Shown here: positions 59,807-64,000 of the stretch, piece after piece
How positions within the stretch are numbered: position 1 is the first letter of the stretch
Layout of the letters: every line of letters begins with the position of its first letter
Program-made: the position numbers and the translations under genes
Source: an uncultured Methylomirabilota bacterium
Lineage (GTDB): Bacteria > Methylomirabilota > Methylomirabilia > Methylomirabilales > 2-02-FULL-66-22
NCBI GenBank assembly: GCA_963705305.1
Contig: OY970067.1
Coordinates: forward strand, 3,104,001 to 3,168,000
DNA length: 64,000 bases
Direction: 5' to 3'
Notes under the pieces: model-generated
Database searches by the model: none
Told to the model about the DNA's origin: nothing
The model's input: only the letters and a program-made list of their open reading frames with translations

Positions 59807-61147
59807 ATGTTTCAGGGGCTGAGCGACAGGCTCAACGAGATCTTCAAGCGCCTCCGCGGCTACGGCAGCCTCACCGAGGAGAATATCGGCGAGTCGCTCC
59901 GCGAAGTGCGCCTGGCCCTTCTGGAGGCGGATGTCAACTTCAAGGTTGTCCGCTCCTTCCTGGAGCGCGTGCGAGAGCGGGCCGTCGGGCGCGAGGTTCT
60001 CGAGAGCCTGACCCCCGGCCAGCAAGTTGTGAAGGTCGTCTACGAAGAGATGGCGGCGCTCATGGGCGGGGCGGCCAGCCGCCTGCTCACGGCCGGGGCC
60101 CCGCCGACCGTCATCATGCTGGTCGGGCTGCAGGGGTCGGGCAAGACCACCACGGCCGGCAAGCTGGCCAGGCATCTCCGCGAGCAGGGACAGCGTCCCC
60201 TGCTGGTGGCGGCCGACCTCCAGCGGCCGGCCGCGCAGGAACAGCTGGCGACCCTGGCCAAGACCCTGGGTATCGAGGTCTACCGGGATGCCGGAGCGGG
60301 CTCGCCGATGGCGGTCTGCCGTGAGGCCATGCGGCAGGCGCGGTCCCGGCTCCTGGATCCGGTGATCCTGGACACCGCCGGGCGCCTGCACGTGGACGAA
60401 CCGCTCATGCAGGAACTGGGGGCCGTCAAGGCCGAGGTGAAGCCGACGGAAATCCTGATGGTCGCCGACGCCATGACGGGCCAGGATGCGGTGAACTCCG
60501 CCACGGCCTTCAACCAGGCTCTGGGGATCACCGGCTACATCCTCACCAAGCTGGACGGGGATACGCGCGGCGGGGCGGCTCTCTCCATCCGGGCCGTCAC
60601 GGGGGCCCCCATCAAGTTCATCGGGGTCGGAGAGAAGCTGGACGCCCTGGAGGTGTTCCACCCGGACCGGATGGCCTCCAGGATCCTGGGCATGGGCAAC
60701 GTCCTGAGCCTGGTGGAGCGGGCCGAGCAGGTGGTGGATGCCCGGAAGGCCGCCGACCTCGAGAAGAAGATCAAGGCGCAGAGCTTCACCTTGGAGGACT
60801 TTCGGGACCAGCTTCGCCAGATCCGCGGCATGGGCTCGTTGGAGCAGCTGGTGGGAATGATTCCGGGCCTCTCCCGGATGAAAGGGCTGCCCGACGCCAC
60901 CGCCCAGGAGCGAGAGCTCAAGCGGGTCGAGGCCATCATCGATTCCATGACTCCCGGAGAGCGCCACCGCCCCGAGATCCTGAACGGCGGCCGGCGCAAG
61001 CGAATCGCCGACGGCTCGGGAACCAGCGTGACCGAGGTGAACCGGCTGCTCAAGCAGTTCGGCGAGATGCAGAAAATGATGCGGCAGCTCATGCAGGCGG
61101 GGAAGAAGGGACGCCTGCCGCGCAGCCTGCCGTTCTCCCTTCGTTAA
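59807..61147 (+). CDS. ffh: Signal recognition particle protein
   Basis: ALLEADV, GLQGSGKTT, DTAGR, TKLDGD, M domain. Confidence 0.97.
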   Translation: MFQGLSDRLNEIFKRLRGYGSLTEENIGESLREVRLALLEADVNFKVVRSFLERVRERAVGREVLESLTPGQQVVKVVYEEMAALMGGAASRLLTAGAPPTVIMLVGLQGSGKTTTAGKLARHLREQGQRPLLVAADLQRPAAQEQLATLAKTLGIEVYRDAGAGSPMAVCREAMRQARSRLLDPVILDTAGRLHVDEPLMQELGAVKAEVKPTEILMVADAMTGQDAVNSATAFNQALGITGYILTKLDGDTRGGAALSIRAVTGAPIKFIGVGEKLDALEVFHPDRMASRILGMGNVLSLVERAEQVVDARKAADLEKKIKAQSFTLEDFRDQLRQIRGMGSLEQLVGMIPGLSRMKGLPDATAQERELKRVEAIIDSMTPGERHRPEILNGGRRKRIADGSGTSVTEVNRLLKQFGEMQKMMRQLMQAGKKGRLPRSLPFSLR

Positions 61148-61210
61148 CCCGAGTCCCGTCCCGCTCCCATGCCGGGGGCGGAGGCGTCCGACGATCCGCG
61201 AGGAGGATGC

Positions 61211-61492
61211 ATGGCAGTCAAGATTCGATTGCGGCGCATGGGCACCAAGAAGACGCCCTTCTATCGGGTGGTGGTGGCGGACGAGCGGGCGGCGCGGGAC
61301 GGGCGCTTCCTCGAGAGCCTGGGGACCTACGATCCGCTGAAACGGCCGCATGTGCTGAATATCAATGCCGACAAGGTGCTGCGCTGGCTGGAGAAGGGTG
61401 CGCAGCCCACCGATACGGTGCGGGCCCTGTTGGCCAAGGCCGGTGTCATGCGTCGGCGGGCCGAGGATCGCGCCAAGCCACCGGCGGCCTAG
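61211..61492 (+). CDS. rpsP: 30S ribosomal protein S16
   Basis: [33 protein letters not shown]. Confidence 0.97.
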   Translation: MAVKIRLRRMGTKKTPFYRVVVADERAARDGRFLESLGTYDPLKRPHVLNINADKVLRWLEKGAQPTDTVRALLAKAGVMRRRAEDRAKPPAA

Positions 61493-61538
61493 CGGCCCGG
61501 ACCTGTCGGGTCGCCGTCCGAGAAAGCCCGGGGTGCCC

Positions 61539-62087
61539 ATGCCGCGGCCGGAGTTCCTGGTGCTCGGGCGTGTGGTGAAGCCGCATGGGATCCGCGGCCT
61601 TGTGAAGGCGATCCTGTACGCGGAGAGCTGGGATCCTTTCTCCGCCATGGACGGGTGCTGGCTCGGACCTCCCGGGGGTCCCTATCGCCGCTTCGGGTTG
61701 GAGCGGGGAACGGGGCAGGGACAGGCGGTCCTCCTCAAGTTGGCCGGTGTGGACTCGCCCGAGACGGCGGCGGGTTTGGTCGGCTGCGAGATCGCCATCC
61801 CGCGCAGCCAGGCCCCTCCGCCCCCGGAGGGGAGCTTCTATCACTACGACATCCTGGGGCTCGAGGTGGTAGAAGACGGCACCCCGCTCGGATCCGTTCA
61901 GGAGATCATGGAGACGCCGGCCCACGATGTGTACGTGATCCGGGGTCCGCGGGGCGAATGGCTGCTGCCCGGCACGCGGGCGTATATTCGACGAATCGAT
62001 CTGGAGGCCGGTCGCATCGAGGTGGCGGCTGCGGCAGGCCTGTTGGCGGCGTCGGCGGAAGGGGACGAGGACGCTGAGTCAGTTTGA
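61539..62087 (+). CDS. rimM: Ribosome maturation factor RimM
   Basis: GRVVKPHGIRG, FYHYDILG, AHDVYV; operon position. Confidence 0.93.
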   Translation: MPRPEFLVLGRVVKPHGIRGLVKAILYAESWDPFSAMDGCWLGPPGGPYRRFGLERGTGQGQAVLLKLAGVDSPETAAGLVGCEIAIPRSQAPPPPEGSFYHYDILGLEVVEDGTPLGSVQEIMETPAHDVYVIRGPRGEWLLPGTRAYIRRIDLEAGRIEVAAAAGLLAASAEGDEDAESV

Positions 62088-62826
62088 TATCCTGACCCTC
62101 TTCCCGGGGATGTTCGAAGGACCGCTCCGGGAGAGCATCCTGCAGCGGGCCCAGGACAAGGGGGCGGTCGCCATCCGGGTGCACGATCTCCGCTCCTGGA
62201 CCTCCGACCGGCACCACGTGGTGGACGATGCGCCTTACGGGGGCGGATCCGGCATGGTCCTGAAGCCGGAGCCCGTCTTCGAGGCGGTGGAGAGCTTGCG
62301 GCGGGGGGCGGAGAGCACGGTCGTCGTGCTCACTCCCCAGGGGATCCCGTTCCGGCAGCGGTTGGCCGTCGAGCTGGCGCGGCAGCCGCACCTGATTCTC
62401 GTCTGCGGCCGCTACGAGGGATTCGACGACCGCATTCCGCATGGGCTCCGTGCGTTGGAGCTGTCCATCGGCGACTATGTCCTGACGGGGGGGGAACTGC
62501 CCGCGCTGGTGGTGCTGGATGCGGTGGTCCGCTTGATCCCGGGGGTGCTGGGCGCCGAGGATTCCGCCCAGGCGGATTCGTTCGCGGCGGGGCTCCTGGA
62601 GTATCCGCACTACACCCGGCCCCTCGTGTACCGCGGGATGGCGGTGCCGTCGGTGCTGCTTTCGGGGGATCACCAGGCCGTCGCCCGCTGGCGGCGCAAG
62701 GAGGCGATCCGGCGGACCAGGGAGCGACGGCCCGATCTGTTGGCGGCGGCCAGCCTCTCCGGAGAAGACCGGGAACTCCTGGCCGAAGTTGAGGCGGAAG
62801 AGTCGGAGCCGGGCCGCACCGCTTGA
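62074..62826 (+). CDS. trmD: tRNA (guanine-N1)-methyltransferase, probable CTG start
   Basis: FDILTLFP lies upstream of the first ATG (62110); DDAPYGGGSGM, CGRYEG, SIGDYVLTGGE. Confidence 0.95.
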   Translation: MSQFDILTLFPGMFEGPLRESILQRAQDKGAVAIRVHDLRSWTSDRHHVVDDAPYGGGSGMVLKPEPVFEAVESLRRGAESTVVVLTPQGIPFRQRLAVELARQPHLILVCGRYEGFDDRIPHGLRALELSIGDYVLTGGELPALVVLDAVVRLIPGVLGAEDSAQADSFAAGLLEYPHYTRPLVYRGMAVPSVLLSGDHQAVARWRRKEAIRRTRERRPDLLAAASLSGEDRELLAEVEAEESEPGRTA

Positions 62827-62918
62827 ACGACAGGGGGTCCGGCCCACGACGGGGTCGTGAACTCATCCTCGCTGGCCCGGGGGACAGGGCCTGAGAAAAA
62901 GTACTGGAGGGCACGCAC

Positions 62919-63269
62919 ATGTCGGCACTGATCCAGGCGGTCGAAGAGAAGCACCTGCGGACTGATCTGCCTCCCTTCAAGCCGGGGGACACGGTGAAGG
63001 TTCAGGTGCGGGTGGTGGAGGGAGACAAGGAGCGCTTGCAGGCCTTCGAGGGCATCTGCATCCGGAAGCGGGGCGGCGGCCTCAGCGCCACCTTCACCGT
63101 CCGCAAGGTGACCTACGGCGTCGGGGTCGAGCGCACCTTCCCTATCCACTCTCCGAGCATCGACCGCATCGAAGTTCTGCGGCACGGCCAGGTGCGGCGG
63201 GCCAAGCTCTACTATCTGCGCGGGCTCCGCGGCAAGGCCGCTCGTCTCAAGGAGCGGCGCATCTCCTAG
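62919..63269 (+). CDS. rplS: 50S ribosomal protein L19
   Basis: [36 protein letters not shown]. Confidence 0.97.
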   Translation: MSALIQAVEEKHLRTDLPPFKPGDTVKVQVRVVEGDKERLQAFEGICIRKRGGGLSATFTVRKVTYGVGVERTFPIHSPSIDRIEVLRHGQVRRAKLYYLRGLRGKAARLKERRIS

Positions 63270-63301
63270 CCGGCCGATGCCGGAGGGTGGGCGCGTTCTG
63301 C

Positions 63302-64000
63302 ATGTCCAATTCCCGCACGGTCCGGCGCTCCCAACGCCGCGGGCTGGCGGTGGGGCTCCCGGTGCTGCCGGGGTCCGACGAGGAGCCGCCGGGCTGCCGC
63401 TCCGGGCATCCCAGGCTTGCCGGCGTGGACGAGGCGGGACGCGGCTGCCTGGCGGGACCGGTCGTTGCCGCGGCGGTCATCTTGCCCCTGCGGTACGCCC
63501 TGCCGGGACTGACGGACAGCAAGCTCCTGACCCCCCGTGGGCGAGAGCGGCTGGCAGAGGCGATCCGGGCGGTGGCCGTGTCCATCGGTGTGGCGTCCGT
63601 GGAGGCGCCCGAGATCGACGCCACCAATATCCTGCGCGCGACGCTCCGGGCCATGACGGCGGCGGTCGAGCGGCTGGATCCCCGCCCCGAGGTGGTCCTG
63701 GTGGATGGGAATGTGGCGCCTCCCCTGTCGATACCGGCCCGTGCGGTGATTCGCGGCGACCTGACCGTCCCGGCGATTTCCGCCGCCTCGATCATCGCCA
63801 AGGTGAACCGGGACCACCTCATGGAGCAGTGGGGGATCCGGTTTCCCGACTACCAGTTCGCACGCCACAAGGGATACGGGACAGCGGTGCACCGTGCGCT
63901 CATCGCCAAGCACGGGCCGTGTCCGATCCACCGCCTGAGCTTCGCCGGCGTAAGAGAGTACGCGACATCCGCCCCGACGCGACAGAGGAGCCTGTGGTGA
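63302..64000 (+). CDS. rnhB: Ribonuclease HII
   Basis: GVDEAGRG.LAGPV, DSK, VDG, AASIIAKV.RD, HKGYGT, IHRLSF. Confidence 0.95.
   Translation: MSNSRTVRRSQRRGLAVGLPVLPGSDEEPPGCRSGHPRLAGVDEAGRGCLAGPVVAAAVILPLRYALPGLTDSKLLTPRGRERLAEAIRAVAVSIGVASVEAPEIDATNILRATLRAMTAAVERLDPRPEVVLVDGNVAPPLSIPARAVIRGDLTVPAISAASIIAKVNRDHLMEQWGIRFPDYQFARHKGYGTAVHRALIAKHGPCPIHRLSFAGVREYATSAPTRQRSLW

Overview
GC-rich bacterial chromosome segment; gene content suggests a Methylomirabilota/NC10-like or deltaproteobacterium-like organism (inference only). Bases 1-39.2 kb and 59.75-64 kb are mostly core genes: bS22, an ECF sigma/anti-sigma pair, rlmD, leuD/leuC-like, csp, a NusG paralogue, galU, lon, rnj, ftsK, lolA, yajQ, a diguanylate cyclase, rimO-pgpA-cinA-thpR and ffh-rpsP-rimM-trmD-rplS-rnhB. 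Between them is a ~20 kb accessory island with three parts. First, an IS1-family element with 18-bp terminal IRs carrying an AT-rich operon (RelE-like, XRE-HTH with a long tail, DUF3467-like) and a small basic gene. Second, a GAF-rich two-component cluster. Third, a tyrosine recombinase split by a 6.3 kb insert holding a REP-like element, dedA, a probable ORF-less group II intron remnant interrupted by an IS1380-family element, an MFS transporter and a dehydrogenase. Two genes are missing from the ORF track: bS22 and a CMD/AhpD-like selenoprotein (CxxU with a SECIS-like hairpin, 7486-7782). Four +1 frameshifts look like assembly errors. No tRNA, rRNA, CRISPR array or reverse transcriptase was seen. 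Family assignments come from motif recognition by eye, not database searches.
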